Made by a program: the position numbers and the translations under genes. Below the pieces are notes generated by a model. The model searched no databases. It saw nothing but the letters and a program-made list of their open reading frames with translations, and had not been told where the DNA came from. This document shows positions 14,976-25,196 of a stretch of DNA of 25,644 nt, one piece after another. The DNA lies in the IMG/VR virus record IMGVR_UViG_3300020352_000033, positions 1 through 25,644 of that record; one strand, given 5' to 3'. Source of the DNA: a virus (lineage: Duplodnaviria; Caudoviricetes). Numbering within the stretch: the stretch's first letter is position 1; every line of letters starts with the position of its first letter.

Positions 14976-16031
14976 TTAGAAGTCTAACTTGATCCTTACA
15001 AGTAATTCTTTAGTAAAGTCTTTTAACAATGGTCTTGATAGTTTAGCAACTGCTACTAATTCTTGATCATTGTTATATAAACCTACGGTAGTAATATATA
15101 CTTGGGGGTCATTAATAAAAGAATTATATAATACAGCTCCATCTGAACCTGATATAAATGATGGGTTTGTTGAATAATTAAAGTTTTGACTTCTTGCTCT
15201 ACAGAAAATAAAATCAGATGATAGATTTTCTTGTGAGTTTAAAGTCCACCCTGGTACAGATGCTGCTCCACCTTTATTTAAAGCTGCAAAGAATCTTGCA
15301 GGGTTATTTTGTTGTGAGTCTGATGTTCTGTTTGTATTTAAATTTACTCCACCATCAACAAATCTACCATCTAAAGCCTCTCCATTTAATAAAACGGTAC
15401 CTATGTCTGGTAAAAGCCAACCATATGATCCTGAGTTTAGTGACCAACCATTTTCATTTACGTCAGTATAAACATTACCTGCTGATCCTGATACTAAATT
15501 AAAAACTCTTCCAGCTTCGGTGAATACTGCTGCCCCACCTAATTTACTATCATCAGTAAGGTATAAAGTTTGTGATGACCCTGATATTGCCATTGTCATT
15601 ACTCCAGGGAGTAATTCTTCCTTAAATCCTGATCTTTCGATTGGAATAGCATAAAAGTAAGAAGATGATTGATTACCAAATACAAATGAAGATTCTTCAT
15701 CTCCTAAAATTAAATTTCTATATTGGCCGTAATTTGTTCTTGTTGGTGATAAACCATCAACATTTGGGTTATATAATAAACTTCCACTACCATTAGCATC
15801 ACAATACGCAATTGCTCCTTGTACTGATCCTGTTGCTGCTGCTGAGCCATAAAGGCTATAATAAAATTGACCGGTTGCGCTAGCAACTTGTACTGAGGAT
15901 GTGTAAAATGTTAATAGGGTTGGTTGATTATTTTCCCACACAGTACTAGTTACGTTTTCATTACTAATGATTAAATCTTGGGAATCAATAGGTGAAAATG
16001 TCGCTATATTATTTGTATTAGCTATTGCCAT
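14976..16031 (-). CDS. Virion baseplate/tail structural protein (paralog 1)
   Basis: C-terminal STNPS..YITTVGLYNNDQELVAVAKLSRPL; S/G/T-rich beta composition. Confidence 0.65.
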   Translation of the reverse strand: MAIANTNNIATFSPIDSQDLIISNENVTSTVWENNQPTLLTFYTSSVQVASATGQFYYSLYGSAAATGSVQGAIAYCDANGSGSLLYNPNVDGLSPTRTNYGQYRNLILGDEESSFVFGNQSSSYFYAIPIERSGFKEELLPGVMTMAISGSSQTLYLTDDSKLGGAAVFTEAGRVFNLVSGSAGNVYTDVNENGWSLNSGSYGWLLPDIGTVLLNGEALDGRFVDGGVNLNTNRTSDSQQNNPARFFAALNKGGAASVPGWTLNSQENLSSDFIFCRARSQNFNYSTNPSFISGSDGAVLYNSFINDPQVYITTVGLYNNDQELVAVAKLSRPLLKDFTKELLVRIKLDF

Positions 16032-16043
16032 ATCTTTTTATAT

Positions 16044-16727
16044 TTATGTTCTTTTAATTTGAATTGGGATCTGTACTCTTGCACCTGAATCCATTCCTAC
16101 TATTGTAAGTGTACTATAAAGGAGAGTTGTTGAGTTACCACCTTGACCATATAAAGTATTAACACCAGTTGCTGTTAATAAACAACTCATACCAATTACA
16201 GTTCTAGATACATTAGTACCATTTGTTATTATATTTTGGTTATTTAAAGCTGTTGCTGCTTCTGTTGAAATACCTTGACCCACAATACCATCAACACTTG
16301 CAAATTGTCTTACATCACTTACTGTAAATGAGTAACCAGAGGATTCTGCTACTGAGTTATTACCTAAATAATTAAAAGTTTGTGGGGTGATTGTTGTAGT
16401 ACCGGTTTGTGCCAGATCAACAACTGAAACTCCTCCTGCTCCTACTACAGGCATTTTAGCTGTGTCTCTTGGAAGGGTTACTAATTTATATTTCATCATT
16501 TGGGTTTCATCAGGAAATGCTTCTAATAGAGGCATGTTTTGAATAGCTTCACCATAATAAGCTGACCCTGAAGGATTTGTAGGGTTATATAATGTGTAAT
16601 CAATTTCATCATCTGACAGGGCAAATGATCTAATATTAAAAGAACCATCACCTCTTGCTAAAAGTTCTCTTCCTTTTGTTGTTAAGATAGCATCTACTGT
16701 TACTACCTGATTGTTTAAATATCCCAT
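16044..16727 (-). CDS. Virion structural protein (baseplate/tail-associated)
   Basis: N-terminal ILTTKGRELLA..FALSDDEIDY resembles the start of tail-collar-fibre-like domains; structural gene context. Confidence 0.6.
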   Translation of the reverse strand: MGYLNNQVVTVDAILTTKGRELLARGDGSFNIRSFALSDDEIDYTLYNPTNPSGSAYYGEAIQNMPLLEAFPDETQMMKYKLVTLPRDTAKMPVVGAGGVSVVDLAQTGTTTITPQTFNYLGNNSVAESSGYSFTVSDVRQFASVDGIVGQGISTEAATALNNQNIITNGTNVSRTVIGMSCLLTATGVNTLYGQGGNSTTLLYSTLTIVGMDSGARVQIPIQIKRT

Positions 16728-16745
16728 CTTATTGTATTATTTTAA

Positions 16746-16779
16746 TTATAAATATATGTTTTTTATTTTTTTAATCCAA
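16746..16779 (-). promoter_or_regulatory. ATATATTTATAA box with a possible TTGGAT upstream element
   Basis: Box at 16746-16757; TTGGAT at 16774-16779, 17 nt from TATATT; ATG at 16727. Confidence 0.55.
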
Positions 16780-16785
16780 GCTATA

Positions 16786-19700
16786 TTATTCTATTGGCAT
16801 TCTTCTATTATCATTATCTTCATCTGCCCTAAAAGCATTTTTAGCACTTAATTGATTTATTATAGTTTGCACGTTTCTTTTTTGTTGTGGTGAAAAATCA
16901 TTAGGAATTAAATATCCTGAAGGTGATAATGACTTAACTCCATTTGAACCCGTTGGGGCTTCTTGATATATAACTACACGATCATCTGCATTAATTCTTC
17001 TTCTAACAGTTACATTAAAAATTTTACCCTCAGGTATTTTATATTCTAGTGTTCTTGGATCTGGACTAACTATTAATTTATCATATATATGGAGTGAGGA
17101 TGTAACAGCATCCAAATACAATGGATTTCCTGGTGGGTTATAAAATGTCATTATAGGGTAAAGCATAGTATTACCCTGCCCATCTGGAGGGTAAGGGGCA
17201 CTTTCATACTCATCATTAGGTCCATTATATGTAATTGTAAAGGTTTGAGTTCTATTTTGTCCTTTTTTAGATCCTTGTGCTACTGTGTTGTAGTCAATCC
17301 TAATTTCATCTCCTACTTGAAATAGTATATTTTGTTGAAAATCTTCAAAATCCGTAACATCTCCACTGCCAGTAATATTTGTATTTAAATAATCTTGTAT
17401 TATATAATTTGAAGAATTACTATTAAATTTTCTTGTTAATTGAGTTGGAATTGCAGTATTACCTGTGTTTTTTATAGCATTAGGTATTCCTGGTAGCATT
17501 ATTCCATCAGCTGTTGATTGAGTAGCATACACACTTCTTGAAACCATTTGGTTATAAGAATGAATCAATGCTAAACCTCTACCAGTTGCAGCTCCATAAA
17601 AACCTAAATTAACACTAGCACTAAATCCAAGACTTGCCGAGGAATTCATATAACCCCCCATTAAATATAAACCAGCATCAGTACTAGATGTTAAGAAAGT
17701 AAAGTTTGATGAAGAGGGTCCGAAAATAAAATCGAAATTATCTAAATGATACGAAGCTGATGGGGTGTTAATAACGTTGGCTGAACTATATCCAGATAGA
17801 TTAACCCAACTAGAACTTATAAAACTTTGTGTAGTTGCATAAGCATTTCTTTGTACTTGGTTAGTGAAAATAGTTTGATATTCCATAGCCCCTTGGTAAA
17901 TATAACTATCTCCTACTTTTAAAGAAGTATAGTTTATTGGTAAAGATCCTGATTTTATAACTTTACCTTGGTTATAAGCAACTAAAGCTTTTCTATCAAC
18001 TTCAAATGTACTTTTAACTTCTGATAAATTATTACCACTTCCATCAATTTTAATTACTACTGGGTTTTCAGGTGCTCTTTCTCCTTTTATATCTTCTAAA
18101 GGACACTCAATAAGTTGATCAATTCTAAAAGTATAACTACCCCATAATTCTTTAGATTCTTTAGATGTTTTGAAATGAGCAAAGTAAATTGGGTGTTGTG
18201 CTATTGTATTAACTGAAGTCCCAACTGAAGGCATAGTACCTGGAGATGAATCCCCTCCATAAATTGGAGTAGTTCCTATTACTTCAGTAACATTATTTGA
18301 TGATTTATTATGTACTAAAATTTCATTAGCATAAAAATTATGATGATTGCTAACACTTAATAAATTATATACCGTATAAACTCCATTTTGAGATAGTATA
18401 GATGAAATAACTACATCATTCCCATTTACATCCTGGCATGTATCTGATATTTCTAAATCTGAAGCTATAGTCCATCCTTTTTCTTTTACGAAAAATGGGT
18501 GTTCTTCTGTAGTGTTGATTACAATTCCATTATTAAAAGTTATAGTAATTATTGATTCAACTTTATGTGATGATATATCTCCTACTGTACCTTCTTCATT
18601 AATATTAATAGTTTCATTATATGCTAATACATTTTCACCTACTGTTACATCTTCGATATTTTTAATACTATTATCAGCCATTGATATTTGAGTCCCAGCT
18701 GTAAAACAAAATGTTGTTCTTTCTAAATTTTGATTTGATCCTGAAATTATACTTCCAGATAACTCACCACCTAAATAAGTTATTTGACTGCCTGATGGAG
18801 TAAATTCATTATATGTTGCACTTTGTAATTTGCTTCCTATAAATTTATTTAAAATTGATGATTTTTGAGTGTAAAAACTATCAGGAATTTCAGCTTTTAC
18901 AGCTGTATTATCTATAATAGCTTGTAAATTTGATGGAATAGGTCCATTATCGTATTCAACTACTTGTTTATATGTATTTGCTCTATTAATATCAGCATTG
19001 TTAATAAGTGGGTTGAATGGTGTATTGTAAAATTCAACAACACTTGGAAGAGTAGGTTCAAAAGATAAAAGTTGTTTTGGATTATCTCCACTTGGAATAT
19101 ATTGGGGTGTTAGGGATCCACTTAAAGCTCTACTTGAAGTTAAACTATAAAGATAGTTAGTTGTGTTATCAATACCAACATTAGTTGTATATACTCCTTG
19201 CACATTATTTAGACTTTGTTGGAAAACATCACCTGATAAACCATAAATATCATTGGCTGTGGGTGTACCTGAAGGTATATTTGTTATCGTAAAGTCAAAA
19301 TCTGGTGTTGTTGCTAAAGTATCTTGATTATCTACTACATTACCACTTGAATCTTTATTTAATTGATTAATAGTAAATAATGTTGGGGCATAATTTCCAT
19401 AATCTCCATAAGACCCAGTCCATGTAGTTCCTTGTACAGTTAAACTAGCACTTGACATAGCAGGAACTGATATGGATTTTATCGCTTTAATTGCCCCTTC
19501 TTGAACTAAATCAAAATTTGAAAAGTAAACAGGGATTTTATGAGTTCCTTCAAATATTGCGGGGTTTCCACCTCCTTGTGGAAAGTTACTATTAAGACGA
19601 ATTACTCTAGCATCATTTACCATAGGTTCAGTGAACCAATACTTAACTAACCCATAAGTAGTGGCTGTGCCAACGGATACAGGGTAAGTAGAATCTGCTT

Positions 19701-22700
19701 GTTTATCAATTATATTATTAGGACCTAAAAAAGATGAAATTAAAATATTACTATCTAAATTTCCTAACAATCCTGTTGGTTCAAAATCAAGTCCAGCACC
19801 CCAGAACATATTATTAAGTGATCCTGATATATCCATTTTAAAATAGGGAGCAATACTGTTAGGTACAATTTGACCATCTTGAATACCAAACATCCCCGAT
19901 GCTGATTTTGGTGGGTGAGGTATATCCATTAATGGGGCAATATCAAATTGCTCAAACGATGGATTAGTCCATCCAAGTAATTCTGGAATGTCATCAGTAA
20001 CTGGAGTTATTTCACCTATTCTTTTTGCCTTGGTAGGAAATATTATACCTGCTACCCAAAAATTATGATTATCATATTGAGATTGAACTATATAAATAGA
20101 TCCGGTACCGTTTTGGAGAAAGTTTGTGGAACCATAATTGTTCCATTGCGCACGAAACGCATCCATGTTAGCAATAGTTGATTGTGAAAATACAAAAGGT
20201 ATTGAATAAGAAGGATATGTGTTTAAAGACATACCTGGTTTTGGGCTTACTTTACCTTCACTGGCCGTTATTGCTATAACATAACTTGTATCAAGATTAT
20301 TAGTAGCTGCAAATGGATTGTTTAATAAAGATTGTGTGGTTGCTACAATAGTACTTCCACTAAATTCACCATTATAAAATTCATCCTGTGATTTATGTAT
20401 TTCATAAGTACTACCTGATATTGTATCATTTCTTACAATATATGATTGGGTTGTATAAGAATTCCAAATACTTGAAGAATAATTTACAGGTTGAGTTACT
20501 ATAGGTGAAAAATCTTGGGGTGTAAGAAGAGATAATACTAAGAAATTTAACTGTGTTGGGACAGTACCACCAGTACTATCAACTCCTCTTACCCAAAGAG
20601 AAATATCTTCTTCAGGTAACATTTCATAATATGATGATGATGCAATTGTATTTACTGGTGTTAATGAACTTGACATAATAATGTCAGTTCCTATAATTCC
20701 TCTTAATGATGAAGATACTGCAAATTCAAATCCTGTATCAGGATCTAAAAAAGTACCTACAAGATTATTATAAAAACTAAATCTTGATTTTAAAGGTGCT
20801 TTTAATCTAAAACCTTTAGTTACAGCACTAGGGGTTCCAATAGCGTTTGTTTTATAAACAACGCTTCCCCCAGAATCAAGTAAATTAATATATTGATCAG
20901 GTAGATTTCCGGGTGCACTAAGACCTGAGTTGTAAAATATACCTGCAGATTGAGTAGCTTCAACATTATAGGGATTAAGAACTCCACCTGTTGATCCTTT
21001 TATAGTAGCTACATCAATACTTCCTGTAATTTCTAAATCTCTATATGAAATAGGACTGTTTATACCAGTAGCTGTTGATTGACCTCCTACTGTTGATCCT
21101 GTTTCGGGTGTGTAAGCTATTATTGTATTTGGATTTACTTTTACGGGTGGGCGTCTATTACGCTCCAACATATGTTGTTTTATTATAATACCTGTAGTAA
21201 CACTAGTACGTGCAGGAACATATGATTTAATAGCTTTAAATAATGAGTTATCAAAATATTTAATTAATCTTAAATAATCCCAAACATCACCTTCTGTGTA
21301 TTTTTTAAAATACTCATTTGCTATTTGTCTTAATTTTGGATAATAAGCCTCAGTTGAATCATAAGCAAATCTAGGATCTGCTAATACATCAGAAATAACA
21401 CCATAACCATAAGTTGCTATAATATCATCATTAACTTCATCTTGAGGTGAGAATCCAACTTCTAAACTTGTTATATCTTCTGTGTAGCTTTGACTAATTA
21501 AATAGTTTTGATCTATACTTCTATATTTAGATAAAACTTTACCATAGTCATCTCCATCTTCTACTTGAATTTTAGCTGAAACTCTATTTCTAATTCCTAT
21601 AGAAGGTTGATCTAAAAAGTATGTTTCTCTATTTGGTTTACTGTAAGTATAAGTTGATTGAGCTTCATATCCTATAAAATCATAACTTGAAGTTAATGAG
21701 TTATTTGTGGGATTTATAAAGGATTGAGTAAATACCATAGGTGCAGATCCTGTAATTGAAGGATGTGATGATGATATTTTTGTAATAAATGAAGAACTTA
21801 AAGAAGCTGTAAATTTATATTCTAATTCATTTCCTAAAGGTGCTCTAAAATTAACTATGTCAAAAGATGATTCTGATCCTGTAACATTATTACCTTCAAC
21901 AGATTCAGGATTCATCACAAAATCATTAAATACTTCTTTAGCAATATTGTTAGAATAATATCTAAATTCTTGAAGTGATCCTGAGAATATTTTTGATCCT
22001 TCATTTAATACTTCAGTCATTACATTAGACCCAGAAACATAACCCCCAACATAAACTCCATCTAAATCTGTTGTTCCAAATTTATTCCAAGAATTATTTA
22101 TGGACTCAGATACTGATGTTCCTGAATCATATTCAGCTCCATTATAAGCACCACCACCATAACCATTATTAAATGCTTGGGGAGTTGAACTCATACTTAC
22201 AGATCCAGACCATCCTAATGAATTCCCATCATACCCATTTACTTGTTTATTAGCTGCAAATAAGGTATAAGTTGTGGGATTAGTATTGTCTGTATAATCT
22301 TCGTGTGTATCTCTTTGAAGTAATACACTCCACCACCCCCCATCAAAGAAAGGTAATTCAATATCATCTGATATTTGTACTCCTCCATCTGCTGTTGAAG
22401 CAGACATATAAAATCTTAATTTACCATAATTGTAATAATCACTAAAACTAGATCCTGAATATGATCCTGATGGTTGGTCTTCATAAAATAAACTAATACC
22501 CCAATCCATTTGTTTGTCATTAGTTCCATTTGATTTTTTAACAGCTATTGATTGACTATAATAAGATCCTCCAAAGCTTGATGAAGGGTGTCCTGTTGTT
22601 TTAAATCTAAGAGCAATACCATCAGGTACAATATACTCATTACTATCTATATAATTACGTTGTAATGGCATCCAAGGCATCTTAACCGATGAGCTTGCTG

Positions 22701-24825
22701 CATATTGGTTAGCAACTGGTGTATACGCGTAACTATAACGTTCATACCATAAATCATAGTCATCAGTATTATCTCTATTTTTACCTCCAAATTCATTAAT
22801 TCGAAGTATAGTATTTGGAATACCCCAAATATTAATTAATTGTCTTAAACCACTAATTGTACCTTTCTTTTTAGTAAGGTAAGCCATATTGTGATAAAGA
22901 CGTTTATAAATTTCTTTACTTACTTTATCAATAGCATATGGAAATCCTGGTTCATTTATTTGTTCTACATAATTAAGCCATGAATATCCTAAATTCCAAT
23001 AATTTATTATTTTACCACTGTTTATAGCTATATAATCTGTAATTAACTCACTTCCTGTAGGTGGAACAAAAATTCCATTATCTTCTCCAGTTAGCCCTAT
23101 AAAATTATCTTGATTATCATAATTATTTCCAAAAGTTTCAAATCCTAAACCTTTAATAGCTTCAGCAGCTAAATCTAAAGGTAACCCTGATTCAGGGTCA
23201 TTTGTAGTATTATACCTTTCACTTAATGCTTTGGTATAAAGCCATACTTCATCAAATGACTGACCCACCATATTTGAAAATTCTACATACTCATCATTTT
23301 CTGAATTTTCTGTTATAAATGTTGGGATTGTATAATATAACCAATTTTGATTATCTTCGTCATATAAAGATGCTGATAGGATAATTCCCCCATAATATTG
23401 GTTGTTTTCAACATCACTACCCATCCATGTATCTACTTCTAAACTTGAAGTTGGAAGTAAAGCATAAGGATATGTTGATCCGGTTTTAGGGTAAGCAAAT
23501 GATGATGAGTTATAATATAAATAACTTTCAAAACCATCAAAATTTTTAACTAAATTTGTAATATTTGTCTGTAAACTAGCTAAACTCTGAGATATAGGTA
23601 CAACCCCGGGATTTGATCCTGTTGTAGTTGTTAATGTATCAATATCAGATTGATATGATTGTATTTGAGATACTTTTTCATAAAAGTTATAAACTCTCTG
23701 CTTTGCAGATGAAAAATTAACAAATTCATTGAAAGTATTATATGAGTAGTTAGGTGTTATAGTTACACCTGTTTGATTTAATTTATTTAAAACACTATCT
23801 AATGATTCTGATGAAGGTGTAGTAGTTAAATCTTCATAAGATTTTAAAGTAGTAGAATTATTAACTAAATCTTGAAGTGGGATATTAACATTTGGTCCTT
23901 TAATATAATTAGCATTATCAATAAAAGATTCAAAATCCTGGTTGAATTCAACTCTATATGCTACAGATTCTCCAACCTTTGTAGTTACATATAATCTATC
24001 TTCTACTTTAAATTGAGGAGGTAAGGGTTGAAATAGTTTAATTAGAACAGAAGGGTCTAATTCTTCTATTGGGTTTTCCTCTAATAAAATATTAATAGCA
24101 ACTACATAATTATTTTCATAAAATGATAAATAAAATTCATCAAAATTTCTAGAATTATTTAATCTTGTTTTTAAACTTGAAACTCCTTGCCTAACACTTG
24201 TTGCAGATATTGCATTTGTTTTTAATCTAATTTCTGTTCTATCTCCTGATATTTCAGATATATAGTATGTGTCTTCGGTTGTTGAATTTAACTCATAATT
24301 AATAAAATTATAATAAGCAAATACTTCACCATTATCAAATCCTCTATTAAATAAATCTTGAGAAGGATCTAATGTAATTTCATTTGTAGGAATTGGACCC
24401 ATTGCGGAGGCTGTTACAGCCACACCAAATTCATTTGTAAAATCAGTTGAGACATCTACATTAGCAGTATTGTTTGTTACTGAATAATCTGTAAATTTAT
24501 ATTCCTGACTTAATAAATTCTTTTGAGAATCATAAGCAAAAAATTCTATTACACTTCCACTTTCAAAAAAAGAACCAGATATATCAGAACTAGGAATAAT
24601 ATTTGAATCTGAAAATTCATACCCTAAACTAGATACATCACTTGCTGGTATACTAACACATGAAGAACTTACTGCTATTCCATTATCATCAGAAAAATTT
24701 AATTCTGAATTTTCTCCTATAGCTGTGGTAAATTTATTATTATTTGGAGTAGCAGCTTCTGCAAGTCCAAAAGAATTTGATCCTGTAGGTGAATTTGAGG
24801 TTTTATTTGAATTATTATAGGCCAT
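16786..24825 (-). CDS. Giant virion protein, probable baseplate wedge-like, with LamG-like region and embedded Hint domain
   Basis: 2679 aa; YLTKKKGTISGLRQLI resembles the P2 gpI/T4 gp7-type wedge motif; DGGWWSVLLQR..FSGSLQEFRYY is LamG-like; Hint at aa 2040-2173. Confidence 0.65.
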   Translation of the reverse strand: MAYNNSNKTSNSPTGSNSFGLAEAATPNNNKFTTAIGENSELNFSDDNGIAVSSSCVSIPASDVSSLGYEFSDSNIIPSSDISGSFFESGSVIEFFAYDSQKNLLSQEYKFTDYSVTNNTANVDVSTDFTNEFGVAVTASAMGPIPTNEITLDPSQDLFNRGFDNGEVFAYYNFINYELNSTTEDTYYISEISGDRTEIRLKTNAISATSVRQGVSSLKTRLNNSRNFDEFYLSFYENNYVVAINILLEENPIEELDPSVLIKLFQPLPPQFKVEDRLYVTTKVGESVAYRVEFNQDFESFIDNANYIKGPNVNIPLQDLVNNSTTLKSYEDLTTTPSSESLDSVLNKLNQTGVTITPNYSYNTFNEFVNFSSAKQRVYNFYEKVSQIQSYQSDIDTLTTTTGSNPGVVPISQSLASLQTNITNLVKNFDGFESYLYYNSSSFAYPKTGSTYPYALLPTSSLEVDTWMGSDVENNQYYGGIILSASLYDEDNQNWLYYTIPTFITENSENDEYVEFSNMVGQSFDEVWLYTKALSERYNTTNDPESGLPLDLAAEAIKGLGFETFGNNYDNQDNFIGLTGEDNGIFVPPTGSELITDYIAINSGKIINYWNLGYSWLNYVEQINEPGFPYAIDKVSKEIYKRLYHNMAYLTKKKGTISGLRQLINIWGIPNTILRINEFGGKNRDNTDDYDLWYERYSYAYTPVANQYAASSSVKMPWMPLQRNYIDSNEYIVPDGIALRFKTTGHPSSSFGGSYYSQSIAVKKSNGTNDKQMDWGISLFYEDQPSGSYSGSSFSDYYNYGKLRFYMSASTADGGVQISDDIELPFFDGGWWSVLLQRDTHEDYTDNTNPTTYTLFAANKQVNGYDGNSLGWSGSVSMSSTPQAFNNGYGGGAYNGAEYDSGTSVSESINNSWNKFGTTDLDGVYVGGYVSGSNVMTEVLNEGSKIFSGSLQEFRYYSNNIAKEVFNDFVMNPESVEGNNVTGSESSFDIVNFRAPLGNELEYKFTASLSSSFITKISSSHPSITGSAPMVFTQSFINPTNNSLTSSYDFIGYEAQSTYTYSKPNRETYFLDQPSIGIRNRVSAKIQVEDGDDYGKVLSKYRSIDQNYLISQSYTEDITSLEVGFSPQDEVNDDIIATYGYGVISDVLADPRFAYDSTEAYYPKLRQIANEYFKKYTEGDVWDYLRLIKYFDNSLFKAIKSYVPARTSVTTGIIIKQHMLERNRRPPVKVNPNTIIAYTPETGSTVGGQSTATGINSPISYRDLEITGSIDVATIKGSTGGVLNPYNVEATQSAGIFYNSGLSAPGNLPDQYINLLDSGGSVVYKTNAIGTPSAVTKGFRLKAPLKSRFSFYNNLVGTFLDPDTGFEFAVSSSLRGIIGTDIIMSSSLTPVNTIASSSYYEMLPEEDISLWVRGVDSTGGTVPTQLNFLVLSLLTPQDFSPIVTQPVNYSSSIWNSYTTQSYIVRNDTISGSTYEIHKSQDEFYNGEFSGSTIVATTQSLLNNPFAATNNLDTSYVIAITASEGKVSPKPGMSLNTYPSYSIPFVFSQSTIANMDAFRAQWNNYGSTNFLQNGTGSIYIVQSQYDNHNFWVAGIIFPTKAKRIGEITPVTDDIPELLGWTNPSFEQFDIAPLMDIPHPPKSASGMFGIQDGQIVPNSIAPYFKMDISGSLNNMFWGAGLDFEPTGLLGNLDSNILISSFLGPNNIIDKQADSTYPVSVGTATTYGLVKYWFTEPMVNDARVIRLNSNFPQGGGNPAIFEGTHKIPVYFSNFDLVQEGAIKAIKSISVPAMSSASLTVQGTTWTGSYGDYGNYAPTLFTINQLNKDSSGNVVDNQDTLATTPDFDFTITNIPSGTPTANDIYGLSGDVFQQSLNNVQGVYTTNVGIDNTTNYLYSLTSSRALSGSLTPQYIPSGDNPKQLLSFEPTLPSVVEFYNTPFNPLINNADINRANTYKQVVEYDNGPIPSNLQAIIDNTAVKAEIPDSFYTQKSSILNKFIGSKLQSATYNEFTPSGSQITYLGGELSGSIISGSNQNLERTTFCFTAGTQISMADNSIKNIEDVTVGENVLAYNETININEEGTVGDISSHKVESIITITFNNGIVINTTEEHPFFVKEKGWTIASDLEISDTCQDVNGNDVVISSILSQNGVYTVYNLLSVSNHHNFYANEILVHNKSSNNVTEVIGTTPIYGGDSSPGTMPSVGTSVNTIAQHPIYFAHFKTSKESKELWGSYTFRIDQLIECPLEDIKGERAPENPVVIKIDGSGNNLSEVKSTFEVDRKALVAYNQGKVIKSGSLPINYTSLKVGDSYIYQGAMEYQTIFTNQVQRNAYATTQSFISSSWVNLSGYSSANVINTPSASYHLDNFDFIFGPSSSNFTFLTSSTDAGLYLMGGYMNSSASLGFSASVNLGFYGAATGRGLALIHSYNQMVSRSVYATQSTADGIMLPGIPNAIKNTGNTAIPTQLTRKFNSNSSNYIIQDYLNTNITGSGDVTDFEDFQQNILFQVGDEIRIDYNTVAQGSKKGQNRTQTFTITYNGPNDEYESAPYPPDGQGNTMLYPIMTFYNPPGNPLYLDAVTSSLHIYDKLIVSPDPRTLEYKIPEGKIFNVTVRRRINADDRVVIYQEAPTGSNGVKSLSPSGYLIPNDFSPQQKRNVQTIINQLSAKNAFRADEDNDNRRMPIE
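18307..18708 (-). other. Hint (intein-like) autoproteolytic domain, 134 aa, no endonuclease
   Basis: Starts CFTAGT, block B TEEHPF, ends VYNL..HNFYANEILVHN; the +1 residue is Lys. Confidence 0.92.
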
Positions 24826-24836
24826 TAACTATTCTA

Positions 24837-25196
24837 TTATTGATTATTTGCAAAGTCTTCAATTATACCTGCGATTTCTTGTCTAACTTCTAAATTTTCT
24901 ATTCTTAAATCTGCTATTTCTTGTAGTAAGGCATTTATTTCTTCTTGCTGTGGTGCATAATCAATAAATTCTCCACTAGTTTGTACTAAATATTGGTGTG
25001 AGTTAATGTCTCCTTCTTTAGGTATTTCATAAAAAAACTTGTTATATAATATCCAAAAATCTTCTTGGGTAGCCAAATTAATATCAAAGAAAGAAGGATC
25101 CTCAATACTTTTAAGTTGAGTAAATTCTGTATTTACTGTATTATTAAAAGCATTTTTATTAAATACTTGCCTTTTTAAATTTACTGATTTGCTCAT
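24837..25196 (-). CDS. Hypothetical protein with C-terminal coiled coil (structural module)
   Basis: 119 aa; EEINALLQEIADLRIENLEVRQEI; ATGA overlap with the upstream gene. Confidence 0.7.
   Translation of the reverse strand: MSKSVNLKRQVFNKNAFNNTVNTEFTQLKSIEDPSFFDINLATQEDFWILYNKFFYEIPKEGDINSHQYLVQTSGEFIDYAPQQEEINALLQEIADLRIENLEVRQEIAGIIEDFANNQ

Noticed and set aside
877-15502. All plus-strand ORFs in the track (877, 2926, 5320, 6079, 10124, 11473, 12726, 13188, 14422, 15218)
   Set aside because: Antisense shadows of well-supported minus-strand genes, with Ser/Leu/Phe-rich composition and no recognisable motifs
18307-18708. Classical mobile intein
   Set aside because: No homing endonuclease, Lys at +1, and the host is a structural protein; treated as a Hint cleavage domain
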